Below, piece after piece: positions 30,492-39,492 of a stretch of DNA of 64,000 nt. The stretch's first letter is position 1; every line of letters starts with the position of its first letter. The position numbers and the translations under genes were made by a program. Origin of the DNA: Myxococcota bacterium (GTDB lineage Bacteria > Myxococcota_A > UBA9160 > UBA4427); the NCBI GenBank assembly GCA_036336835.1, contig JAYZFK010000088.1, positions 1-64,000 of the forward strand. Reading direction: 5' to 3'. The notes beneath the pieces were generated by a model. The model was not told the origin of the DNA. It did no database searches and worked only from the letters and a program-made list of their open reading frames with translations.

Positions 30492-31633
30492 GCGGGCTGG
30501 AGTTCGTGCTGTTGCTCGCCGGTCTCGGTGTCGTCACGCTTCCGGTATGGCTGTCGCGCGCGGCGGTCCGCGTCGTCGGCTCGTTTTGGCTCGGCCTTGC
30601 GGTTGCGCTCGGTGTTCGCGCGACGGGCGCATACGACGCGTCGTGGCTGTTTGCGGCGGCAGTTTTCGTCCCGGTCGCGGCGCTGTCCTGGGTCGCAGGC
30701 GGGGTGCTGCTGCTGCGCCGCATCGCCTTCCTGCTGCCCTCTCTCGTTCTGCTCATCTACGTCACCACGCTGCTGATGTACAAAGCGCCCGGCAACCCGT
30801 TCGCCAACGAGCGCGTTGCTTCGCCTCAGGTAGAAGCGCTATTGCGCGCGCAGTATGGCGTGCCCGAGGACGCGACCGAGTTCTTCGGCATCTACCTGCG
30901 CCGGCTCGTGGTCGAGGGGACGCTCGGACCGTCGATCAAGGTGCAGGGCCGACGGGTCGAGGATCTGCTGCGGCCGGCGTTGCCCGTCAGTCTCGCGCTC
31001 GGCGGGCTTGCCCTGGTGCTGGCGGCATCGCTGGGGCTGTTGTTGGGCCTGCGTGCCGGGCTGAAGCCGCACTCGTTGGCCGATCATGGAAGCATGGCGC
31101 TCGCGATGGTCGGCATCTCGCTGCCGAACTTCGTGATCGGGGCCGGTCTGATCGTCGTGTTCGCGCTCGAGCTCGGCTGGCTGCCGGTCGCCGGCTGGGG
31201 GAGCTTGCGCCATCTGTGGCTGCCGGCGATCACACTGGCGCTGCCGTACGCCGCCTACATCGCGCGGCTCGTCCGCGCGGGCACGATCGAGGCCATGCAG
31301 CAGGATTTCGTGCGCACCGCGCGGGCCAAGGGTCTGCCGGAGCGCGAGATCGTGTTTCGTCACGCCTTCCGCGCGGCCGTCGCGCCCGCGGTGTCGTTCC
31401 TCGGTCCGGCGGCCGCCGGCATCATGACGGGCTCCTTCGTGGTCGAGATCCTGTTCGGCGTGCCCGGCATGGGGCAGTGGTTCGTCAAGGGCGCGATCAA
31501 CCGCGACTACTCGGTGGTGCTGGGGACGGCGACGATCTACTTCGCCCTGATCACGCTGTTCAACTTTGCGGTCGACCTGGCGCAGTCGTGGCTCGACCCG
31601 CGGGTCCGAGACGCGGACCGGGAGGCGGTGTGA
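30488..31633 (+). CDS. oppB: Oligopeptide permease OppB with N-terminal TM extension
   Basis: APGNPF..ER, LGPS, ISLPNFV, QDFVRTARAKGL, AINRDY, WLDPRVR. Confidence 0.88.
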   Translation: MSGLEFVLLLAGLGVVTLPVWLSRAAVRVVGSFWLGLAVALGVRATGAYDASWLFAAAVFVPVAALSWVAGGVLLLRRIAFLLPSLVLLIYVTTLLMYKAPGNPFANERVASPQVEALLRAQYGVPEDATEFFGIYLRRLVVEGTLGPSIKVQGRRVEDLLRPALPVSLALGGLALVLAASLGLLLGLRAGLKPHSLADHGSMALAMVGISLPNFVIGAGLIVVFALELGWLPVAGWGSLRHLWLPAITLALPYAAYIARLVRAGTIEAMQQDFVRTARAKGLPEREIVFRHAFRAAVAPAVSFLGPAAAGIMTGSFVVEILFGVPGMGQWFVKGAINRDYSVVLGTATIYFALITLFNFAVDLAQSWLDPRVRDADREAV

Positions 31634-32511
31634 AGGCCGCTCGCCGCTCAGCACTCGAAGTCGGGCCGGGGATGCGCGCCTGGGCCCGGCTGCGGCGCAA
31701 CCGCGCGGCCATGGCCGGTGGCTGGCTGCTGATCGGCACGAGCCTGCTGTGCTTCGTGTTGCCGATGCTGCTCGGGCTCGACCCCCAGACGACCGATCCG
31801 GTGCGCCACCTCGAGGCGCCCGGCCCGGACGCCTGGCTCGGCCGCGACTCGCTCGGCCGCGACTATCTCGCTCGCGTGCTGGTGGGAGGACGGACGTCGT
31901 TGCTCGTCGGCCTGGTCGCGACGGCGGCGTCGGTCACGATCGGCGTGCTCTACGGGATGGTCGCGGGCTACTACGGCGGCTGGCTCGACGAGGCCATGAT
32001 GCGCCTCGTCGACTTCCTGTACGGCCTGCCGTACATGTTCATCGTCATCCTGATCATGCTGCTGTTCAGCGAGACGGCGCGCGGCGAGCCGCTCCCGGTG
32101 TTCGTCGCGCTGGGCCTGGTGCAGTGGTTGACGATGGCGCGGAGCGTGCGCGGCGAGACGCGCGCGCTCCGCGAGCGTGAGTTCGTTCTCGCGGCACGCA
32201 GCAGCGGGGCGGGCGACGCGCGAATCCTGCTGCGTCACGTGCTGCCGAATCTGCTCGGTGTGATCATCGTGTACGCCACGCTGACGGTGCCCGCGGTGAT
32301 CATTCTCGAGTCGTTCCTGTCGTTCCTCGGTCTCGGCGTCGATCTCTCCTGGGGGCAGCTGGTGTCGGAGGGCGTCGACGTGGTCAATCCGATCCAGTCC
32401 TACTGGTGGCTGCTGGCCGCGCCGAGTGCGCTGCTGGCGACGACCCTGTTCAGCTTGAACTTCCTGGGCGACGGGATGCGCGACGCATTCGATCCGCGGG
32501 GCGAGGCGTGA
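31630..32511 (+). CDS. oppC: Oligopeptide permease OppC
   Basis: AWARLRRNRAA, LGRDSLGRD, RHVLPN.LG.IIVYATLTVPAVI..ESFLSFLGLGV, GDGMRDAFDP. Confidence 0.9.
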   Translation: MKAARRSALEVGPGMRAWARLRRNRAAMAGGWLLIGTSLLCFVLPMLLGLDPQTTDPVRHLEAPGPDAWLGRDSLGRDYLARVLVGGRTSLLVGLVATAASVTIGVLYGMVAGYYGGWLDEAMMRLVDFLYGLPYMFIVILIMLLFSETARGEPLPVFVALGLVQWLTMARSVRGETRALREREFVLAARSSGAGDARILLRHVLPNLLGVIIVYATLTVPAVIILESFLSFLGLGVDLSWGQLVSEGVDVVNPIQSYWWLLAAPSALLATTLFSLNFLGDGMRDAFDPRGEA

Positions 32512-33500
32512 GCGGACCGCTGCTCGAGGTCGACGCGCTGCGCGTCCAGATCGACGCCGAGGACCCAGACGCGCGGCCGGTGCGCGCCGTCGACGGGGTG
32601 TCGTTCGAGATCGAGCGCGGCGAGGTGCTCGGCCTGGTCGGCGAGTCGGGCTGCGGCAAGACGCTCACTGGCCTGGCGCTGCTCGGCCGGCTACCGCGCC
32701 CGCGCGGGCGCATTGCCGGCGGTGCGGTTCGGCTTGACGGTATCGACCTCACCGCGCTCGCCGAGCCGGAGCGCCGCGCGATCCGCGGCAGGCGGATGGC
32801 GATGATCTTCCAGGATCCGATGACGAGCCTGAACCCCTACCTGCGCATCGGCGACCAGCTGATCGAGGGTGCCGTCTGGCAGGGTGGCGTGACGCGTCGC
32901 GCGGCGCTCCGTCGGGCCGAGGCGCTGCTCGCACGCGTAGGGATTCCCGATGCCCGCGCGCGCCTGCGCTCGTTTCCGCACGAGCTGTCGGGCGGGATGC
33001 GCCAACGAGCGATGATTGCGATGGCGTTGCTCGCCGAGCCGGATCTGTTGATCGCCGACGAGCCGACGACGGCACTCGACGTGACGATTCAGGCACAGAT
33101 CCTGGCGCTGCTCGCCGCGCTCCGGGCGGAGCGCGGCATGTCGATGCTGCTGATCACGCACGATCTGGGCGTGGTTGCCGGCCTGTGCGACCGGGTGCTG
33201 GTGATGTACGCCGGCCAGATCGTCGAGTCCGGGCCGGTGCGCGCGCTGTTCGATCGTCCGTACCATCCCTATACGCGCGCGCTGCTGCGTTCGACGCCGC
33301 GCATCGGGGCCCGCGCCGCCCGGCTCGCGAGCCTCGACGGGTTGCCTCCGCGTCTCGATGCGGCGCCCATGCCGGGCTGCCGCTTCGAGCCTCGTTGCGC
33401 GCTGGCGCGACCCGCCTGCCGCGAGGCCGAGCCGGCGCTCGAGGGCATCGCGGAAGGCCGTGACCGCCGCTGTATCGCCGGGCTGGAGGAGCTCGCATGA
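32508..33500 (+). CDS. oppD: Oligopeptide ABC ATPase OppD
   Basis: [45 protein letters not shown]. Confidence 0.92.
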   Translation: MSGPLLEVDALRVQIDAEDPDARPVRAVDGVSFEIERGEVLGLVGESGCGKTLTGLALLGRLPRPRGRIAGGAVRLDGIDLTALAEPERRAIRGRRMAMIFQDPMTSLNPYLRIGDQLIEGAVWQGGVTRRAALRRAEALLARVGIPDARARLRSFPHELSGGMRQRAMIAMALLAEPDLLIADEPTTALDVTIQAQILALLAALRAERGMSMLLITHDLGVVAGLCDRVLVMYAGQIVESGPVRALFDRPYHPYTRALLRSTPRIGARAARLASLDGLPPRLDAAPMPGCRFEPRCALARPACREAEPALEGIAEGRDRRCIAGLEELA

Positions 33501-34444
33501 GCGGGCCGCCGCTGCTCGCGGTCGAGGATCTGTCGGTCGACTTCCGCGTCGGGGAGGCGCGGCTGCGGGCTGTCGACAGCGTCTCGCTCGAGCTTCGGGC
33601 CGGCGAGACGCTGGCGCTGGTCGGGGAGTCCGGCTGCGGCAAGTCGACGCTCGCACGCGCCATCGGCGGCCTGGTGCGCGTGCGGCACGGCTCGGTCCGA
33701 CTCGCTGGCAGCGAGCTCGTCGGGCTGTCGCGCCGCGCCTGGAAGCCGATTCGGCGCCGCGTGCAGATGGTGTTCCAGGATCCGGACGCGAGCCTCAATC
33801 CGCGGATGAACGCGGCGGCGTTGATCGGCGAGCCGATGCTCGTGCACCGGAGGCTGCGCGGGCGCGAGCTCGATCGCGAGGTGTGCAAGTTGATGGAGCG
33901 CGTTGGGCTCGATCCCACGCTGCGGACGCACTTTCCCCACGCGTTCTCCGGCGGGCAGCGCCAGCGCATCGGTATCGCGCGGGCGCTGGCGGTCGAGCCC
34001 GAGCTATTGCTGTGCGACGAGGTGACGTCGGCGCTCGACGTCTCGATCCAGGCCCAGATCCTCGAGCTGCTGCGCGAGCTGCAGCGCCAGCTCGGGATCG
34101 CGATCCTGTTCATCACCCACGACCTCGCGGTGGTGCGCCACCTCGCCGATCGAGTCGCCGTGATGTACCTGGGCCAGATCGTCGAGACGGCATCGGCCGA
34201 GGCGCTGTTTGCCGGCGCCGGCCACCCCTACTCGGAAGCGCTGCTGGCGGCAGTACCGCGCGTCGACGGTCCCCCGATCGCCGCGGCGGCGGACCGCAGC
34301 GACGAGGTGCCGTCGCCGCTCGCGCCGCCGCCGGGCTGCCGTTTCCACCCCCGCTGTGCGCTGGCCTTGGAGCGCTGCACGCGCGAGGCGCCCGGGGAGT
34401 ACCCGATCGCGACCGGCCGCGCGCGCTGCTTCCTGCGCGCCTGA
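33497..34444 (+). CDS. oppF: Oligopeptide ABC ATPase OppF
   Basis: [47 protein letters not shown]. Confidence 0.92.
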   Translation: MSGPPLLAVEDLSVDFRVGEARLRAVDSVSLELRAGETLALVGESGCGKSTLARAIGGLVRVRHGSVRLAGSELVGLSRRAWKPIRRRVQMVFQDPDASLNPRMNAAALIGEPMLVHRRLRGRELDREVCKLMERVGLDPTLRTHFPHAFSGGQRQRIGIARALAVEPELLLCDEVTSALDVSIQAQILELLRELQRQLGIAILFITHDLAVVRHLADRVAVMYLGQIVETASAEALFAGAGHPYSEALLAAVPRVDGPPIAAAADRSDEVPSPLAPPPGCRFHPRCALALERCTREAPGEYPIATGRARCFLRA

Positions 34445-34613
34445 GCGCGGGGCGGCGTCGTCGGCGAGCTGCGGCTGAGTGGGGCGCGCGACGGGCGTCC
34501 GGGTGTGCGGCCATCGTCTGGGCATCACGTGGCTGCGCGGCGGGTTCGCTGCTACGGGCCTGCTAGCCTGCGGGCCATCACGCCCCGATTCGTTGGGGCG
34601 TACAGGAGGTCGA

Positions 34614-34922
34614 ATGCGTCTCGACTACTCGATCTCGCTGCAAGACGTGGGTATCCCCCGATTCTCGGTCGAGGCCGTCGAGGGGATCGCCAAGCTGTTC
34701 ACGCTCGCGACGCTCGTGTTGAACGTGCTCGAGACCAAGGAGCGCGTAGAGATCGTATTCCACGGACTCAACCCCGAGGATCCCGAGCGCAAGATCCAGG
34801 GCTTCCAGGAGATCGTGAATTCGTCGCAGAGCGACAAGCTGTTGCAATTCTCGTCAGGGCAGGGCGGCCGCGTTTCCAGCTCGTCGAGCTACTATCAGTG
34901 GCTCAGCGTGACCCGGAGCTGA
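34614..34922 (+). CDS. Small hypothetical protein (102 aa)
   Basis: Strong CAGGAGG RBS, upstream TGCTAGCCT extended -10, GC3-biased codons; no family recognised. Confidence 0.65.
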   Translation: MRLDYSISLQDVGIPRFSVEAVEGIAKLFTLATLVLNVLETKERVEIVFHGLNPEDPERKIQGFQEIVNSSQSDKLLQFSSGQGGRVSSSSSYYQWLSVTRS

Positions 34923-36444
34923 GTTCGCAGTCGCGTCCCCCCCAGGCGTGTTGCCGGGCGAGCGAGCGGCGCACCAGCTCGCGCAGCGCGCGCTCGCGCG
35001 GCATCGCAAACGGCAGCGCCGCCGCATACCGTCGGAACAGCTCGCAACGCTCGGTCGCGGGCAACGCGGCCTCTGGCAGCGAGGCGTTCAGCTCGGCCAG
35101 TGCGCGCAGCCGCGCGTCGTCGTCGAGCCGGCGCCGGAAGCGCACGCCCTCCAGATCGATCAGCACCGGCGTCCCCGTCGCGAGGCCGTAGACGTGCGAG
35201 GCCTGGAGATCACCGTGGTCGACGCCTCGCCGGTGGAGCCCGAGCAGCAGTCGCAGCAGGCCGTCGGAATCGATCGCAGCCGGTGCAGCCGCCTCCAGGC
35301 AGCCTCGCTCGGCGACGTCGGCGAGCAACAGGATCGACCCGCCGCGGCTGCCCCCGCGCGCGAGCCAGGCGAGCGGACGCGCGACTCCGAGGCCGCGCGC
35401 CAGTAGCCCGTGCCCGCCGACCCAGCCGCGTTCCGCAGGCGAGCCCCGCAGCGGATCGGCCAGCCGCCTGCCCAGGCCGGCCTTGGTTACCTCCTTGGCG
35501 ATCAGGGCGCGGCCGCCCGCGCGCAGCCGCGTGACGCGCGCGCGCGCATCGTCCTTCAGCACGTTCGCGGCACCGGCCTCGAGTGCGGCCGTGTGGGCGG
35601 CGCATGCCTCGCGCACGGCGTCATTGCTGAAGTCGCGTGCTCGCATGCCGGGTCCGAGCACGGGATCGACCCGCAGCTGACCGCCTCCGTCGCTGCGCGA
35701 GCGCCGGGTGCGACCGCGGTAGTGATCGTGGGCGAACGCCTCGACGCGCTCGCCCGCTGCAAGCAGGGTCGCGCGCGTCGCCGCGCCGCCGAGCGCGGCA
35801 CGCCTCAGACGCAGGCGGTCGGTTCGGGAGAGACCGAGGCGAGCGAGCGAGAACTCCAGCGAGGCGAGGTCGCGAGCGTGGGCGCGTAGCGCGCGCGTCA
35901 GCCGCGCCCGCTGCCAATCGACCAGCACGGGCTCTCCATCGTCGCTCAGCAGGACATTGCCGTGATGCAGATCGCCGTGCGCGATGCCCGCGATGCGCAG
36001 CCGGCGCAGGATCAGCCCGAGCCCGTCGACCAGCTCGCGTCGGTCGGCCGCTGAGGCGGTGCGGAGTGCGTCCGCGAGCGGGCGGTGCGAGACGAAGTCC
36101 ATCGCCACCCACTCCTCGTCACCGCGTCGGGCGTGGGCGCGAGGGGTCGGTGCCGGCAGGTCCTGCGCGGCCAGGGCGTCGAGTGCCCGCCACTCGCGCG
36201 CCGCGGCGCTGCGGCCCAGCGCGCGTTTCCAGCTTGCCCGACTCGTCACGCCCGCCGAGGTCGCGGGGCGGGCGCGGAAGTGCTTCAGCACCAGCGGGTG
36301 GCTTGCCTCGCTGGCGTGCAGCTGCACGACGCGCCGGCGTGGCGTCTCGGCAATCACCGCGCCCGGTGTCGAGCCCTCGATTGCAGCCTCCAGGGTCGCG
36401 CGCAGGGCCTCGTCCCCGGCAAGCCAGTACAACGTCGCGCTCAC
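34903..36444 (-). CDS. Tandem Kdo/WaaP-family lipopolysaccharide kinase (two kinase domains)
   Basis: Domain 1: LVLKHF, AAREW, HGDLHHGNVL, LVDWQ. Domain 2: IAKEV, GSPA.RGW, HGDLQASH, LIDLEGVRF. GTG overlaps the GT4 stop. Confidence 0.8.
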   Translation of the reverse strand: MSATLYWLAGDEALRATLEAAIEGSTPGAVIAETPRRRVVQLHASEASHPLVLKHFRARPATSAGVTSRASWKRALGRSAAAREWRALDALAAQDLPAPTPRAHARRGDEEWVAMDFVSHRPLADALRTASAADRRELVDGLGLILRRLRIAGIAHGDLHHGNVLLSDDGEPVLVDWQRARLTRALRAHARDLASLEFSLARLGLSRTDRLRLRRAALGGAATRATLLAAGERVEAFAHDHYRGRTRRSRSDGGGQLRVDPVLGPGMRARDFSNDAVREACAAHTAALEAGAANVLKDDARARVTRLRAGGRALIAKEVTKAGLGRRLADPLRGSPAERGWVGGHGLLARGLGVARPLAWLARGGSRGGSILLLADVAERGCLEAAAPAAIDSDGLLRLLLGLHRRGVDHGDLQASHVYGLATGTPVLIDLEGVRFRRRLDDDARLRALAELNASLPEAALPATERCELFRRYAAALPFAMPRERALRELVRRSLARQHAWGGRDCELSSGSR

Positions 36445-37574
36445 GTCACGCTTCCCGGAACGCGCGCGTACAACGCGCGCAGGCGCTCGGTCTGTTGCCG
36501 CCAGTCGTTCTCGCTCGCGATCACCCGACCCCGCTCGCCGAGCGGCTTGCGCGCGGCGGGGTCGCACAGCCGGTCGAGTGCACGCGAGAAGCCCGCCGCG
36601 TCCTCGGGATCGTCGATTACGACGGCTGCTCCGGACAGCAGCTCGGCGGCGCCCGCGGTGGCGCTCAGCGCGCTCGGTAGTCCGCTGGCCGCGGCCTCCA
36701 GGCAGACCATGCCGAAGGCGTCGTAGCGCGTCGGCAGCAGCAGTGCGTCGACGGCGCGGTAGACGCGGTCGAGATCGCGCCGCGGGCCCAGGAAGCGGAC
36801 CCGCGTTGCCACGCCGAGCCGGGCTGCGAGCCGTTGCCACGGCCGCCGGTCGTCGCGCCCTGCAACCCAGAGCCGCGCCCGGCTCGTCGTCATCCCGGCG
36901 AGCGCGCGCAGCGCAGTGTCCAGGCCCTTGCGACGCCAGCCGGAGCCTGCGAGCAGGAAGCGCGGTGCGTCGCTCGGGCACGCTGGATCGAGCTCGCTGC
37001 CCAGCGTGCGGCGCTCCGACCCGTCGCCCGGTGCGAACCGCGCGAGGTCCACGCCGTAGGGGACGCGGTGCAGCCGCTCGCGCGGCAGCCGGAAACGTTC
37101 CGCCAGCTCGCGTTCGACCAACGCCGAGACGCACTGCACGTGGAGGCCGGGTTCGGCAAAGATCCGCCGTTCGAGCCGCAGCTGTGCTGCGTGGCGCGGC
37201 GACGCTCGCCGCCAGCGCGCGCCGCGCTCGCCGTAGCTGCGGCGCATGTAGTGCCAGTGGCTGCCCTCGCCGGTGTGGAACACGTCCGCACCCGGAACGC
37301 GGCTCCAGGCGTGGGCGAGATCGATGCGCCCCCCGCGCCGCGCATCGGCGATCCAGGCCGCGGCCCGACCGGCGAAGCGCAGGACGCGCGCGGGCTGCCA
37401 CAGCGTCGAGACGGGCAGCTCCACGACGGCGACCTGATGCGAGCGCTCGGCGCGCCGCGCGACCACCGTGACCGATTCGCCCGCCTCGGCGAGGGCGTGC
37501 GCGGTGAGCCATGCGGCGTGCTCGAGTCCGCCGCCGCCCGACTCGAAGCGCTCGACGATCAGCGCGATCCGCAA
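36441..37574 (-). CDS. GT4 glycosyltransferase, WaaG/RfaG-like
   Basis: MRIALIVERF..GGGLE, GSGWRRKGL, LLPTRYDAFGMVCLEAAASGLP. Confidence 0.88.
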   Translation of the reverse strand: MRIALIVERFESGGGGLEHAAWLTAHALAEAGESVTVVARRAERSHQVAVVELPVSTLWQPARVLRFAGRAAAWIADARRGGRIDLAHAWSRVPGADVFHTGEGSHWHYMRRSYGERGARWRRASPRHAAQLRLERRIFAEPGLHVQCVSALVERELAERFRLPRERLHRVPYGVDLARFAPGDGSERRTLGSELDPACPSDAPRFLLAGSGWRRKGLDTALRALAGMTTSRARLWVAGRDDRRPWQRLAARLGVATRVRFLGPRRDLDRVYRAVDALLLPTRYDAFGMVCLEAAASGLPSALSATAGAAELLSGAAVVIDDPEDAAGFSRALDRLCDPAARKPLGERGRVIASENDWRQQTERLRALYARVPGSVT

Positions 37575-37793
37575 GCGGACGACTCACACCGGCGACTGCT
37601 GAGCGGGGCCGCGGCGACAGCGCAAGCCAAGCCGGGTCGTCGCTCGAAGGAGTGGCGATCGGCGCGTCGGCCGCTGCATCGATGCGACATGGCATCCGAG
37701 TGTATCCCGGGCCCCACGTCAGCGGCGAGTCCCCCTCGCCGCAGAACCGCTTGCGACCGGTGGTGTCTCACCCCCGGCTGCCCTCGCCACGGC

Positions 37794-37821
37794 TTGACGC
37801 GGGTCGCGGCCTTCGTATATT
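37794..37821 (+). promoter_or_regulatory. Putative sigma70 promoter for the Gld-type ABC operon
   Basis: TTGACG-16 nt-TATATT, about 100 bp upstream of ATG 37921. Confidence 0.65.
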
Positions 37822-37920
37822 GCGCGCCGCCCGGCAAGATCCGCTGGGCCAGAGGACGAGGCCCACAGCGATGTCGCGATATCTTCGATTTCAGTCGCAG
37901 AGGTTGCAGGGATGGGCGGG

Positions 37921-38694
37921 ATGAGCGCTCCGGCAGCGGCCATCGAAGCCCGTGGCCTCAGCAAACGCTACGGCGATATCGTCGCCGTCGATGGCATCTC
38001 GTTCGAGGTCGGCAAGGGCGAGGTCGTCGGCTTCCTCGGCCCCAATGGCGCCGGAAAGACCACCACGCTGCGTATGTTGACGGGCTTCCTTCCGGCGAGC
38101 GACGGCAGCGCGAGGATCGCCGGCCACGACATCTTCAGCGCGCCGCTCGACGCGCGGCGCAGTGTCGGATATCTGCCCGAGCTGCCGCCGCTGTACCCGG
38201 AGATGACCGTCGAGTCGTACGTCAGCTACGTCGCGAGCCTGAAGGAGGTGGCTCGCGCCGAGCGTCGCGACGCGGTCGCGCACGCGCTCGAGCGCTGTGG
38301 CCTGGCCGACGTCCGGAGCCGGGTGATTCGCGACCTCTCGAAGGGCTTCCGCCAGCGCGTCGGGCTGGCGCAGGCGATCGTGCACGACCCGCCGGTGCTC
38401 GTGTTCGACGAGCCCACCGTTGGTCTCGATCCGATCCAGATCCGCGAGATTCGCGGTCTGATCGCCGATCTGGCGGCGCCGCGCCACGGCGAGCAGCGCC
38501 AGACGGTGTTGCTGTCGACGCATATCCTGCCGGAGGTGTCTGCCATCTGCAGCCGGGTGATCCTGATCCACCGCGGACGCAAGGCGCTCGACCAGCCGCT
38601 CGACAGCCTGCTCTCGGAGCAGGGCAGCCTCGAGGAGGTGTTCAGCCGCGTTACCTCGGGCGACGAGGCCGAGCTGCCGGAGGCGAACGCATGA
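37921..38694 (+). CDS. ABC-2 type ATPase (GldA-like)
   Basis: GFLGPNGAGKTTT, GYLPELPPLYPEM, LSKGFRQRVGLAQA, DEPTVGLDP, LSTHILPEV. Confidence 0.92.
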   Translation: MSAPAAAIEARGLSKRYGDIVAVDGISFEVGKGEVVGFLGPNGAGKTTTLRMLTGFLPASDGSARIAGHDIFSAPLDARRSVGYLPELPPLYPEMTVESYVSYVASLKEVARAERRDAVAHALERCGLADVRSRVIRDLSKGFRQRVGLAQAIVHDPPVLVFDEPTVGLDPIQIREIRGLIADLAAPRHGEQRQTVLLSTHILPEVSAICSRVILIHRGRKALDQPLDSLLSEQGSLEEVFSRVTSGDEAELPEANA

Positions 38695-39491
38695 AGCACG
38701 TTGGAGCGATCGCCGGTCGCGAGCTGCGTTCGTTCTTCACCTCTTCGGTGGCGTACGTGGTGCTCGCGCTGTGGGCTCTGCTGGCTGCGACCTTCTTCCT
38801 GGCAAGTGTGATCGCGTTCGACTCCGAAGTGTCGCGGCTGCAGCAATTCGGCGCCGTCGAGCAGCTCGAGCTGCTCAACCTCAATGACCACCTGATCGGA
38901 TCGTTCCTGTTTTCGATGTGGTTCCTGTCGATCTTCGCGTTTCCCGCGATAACGATGGGCTTGTTCGCGGCGGAGCGAGCCAACGGAACCGAGGAGCTGC
39001 TGCTGACCAGTCCGCTCACGATCTGGGAGATCGTGCTCGGCAAGTTCGTCGCAGGGGGAACCTTCGCCGCGGTCATGACCGCGGTGGCGGCGTTTTTTCC
39101 CGGCATGCTGTTCGCTTACGGGGACCCGGAGGTCGGCAAGACACTGGCCGGAGTGCTGGCGTTGTTCCTGGTGAGCCTGACCTACGTCGCGATCGGAGGC
39201 TTCGCCTCGTCATTGACGCGCAATCAGCTGGTGGCCTTCCTGGTCACGCTGGGGCTGCTGTTCCTGGTCGGGTTGATGATCCCTCAGCTCGTGGTCTTCG
39301 GGCTCGCGAGCGATGCGCTGAGCGGCCAGTCGGCGCTGGTCGAGGTGATGCGCTGGATCGGGACGGGCGATCACTTCGAGCGGATGCTCACCGGGTTGGT
39401 CGAGAGCCGCGACCTCGTCTACTTCGGTGTGGTGATCGCGGGCTTCCTGCTCTTGACCAAGACGGCCGTCGAATCGGTGAGGTGGCGCTGA
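38691..39491 (+). CDS. ABC-2 permease (GldF-like)
   Basis: RELRSFFTS..AY, PAITM.LFA.ER..GT.ELLLTSP, VLGKF, SSLT.NQ.VA, G.V..RDLVYF. Confidence 0.88.
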   Translation: MKHVGAIAGRELRSFFTSSVAYVVLALWALLAATFFLASVIAFDSEVSRLQQFGAVEQLELLNLNDHLIGSFLFSMWFLSIFAFPAITMGLFAAERANGTEELLLTSPLTIWEIVLGKFVAGGTFAAVMTAVAAFFPGMLFAYGDPEVGKTLAGVLALFLVSLTYVAIGGFASSLTRNQLVAFLVTLGLLFLVGLMIPQLVVFGLASDALSGQSALVEVMRWIGTGDHFERMLTGLVESRDLVYFGVVIAGFLLLTKTAVESVRWR

Positions 39492-39492
39492 G

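Noticed and set aside
36445..37695. Apparent 930-aa kinase and 885-aa permease ORFs
   Set aside because: Their upstream parts overlap the GT4 or ATPase genes in other frames or strands; true starts are 36444 and 38691.
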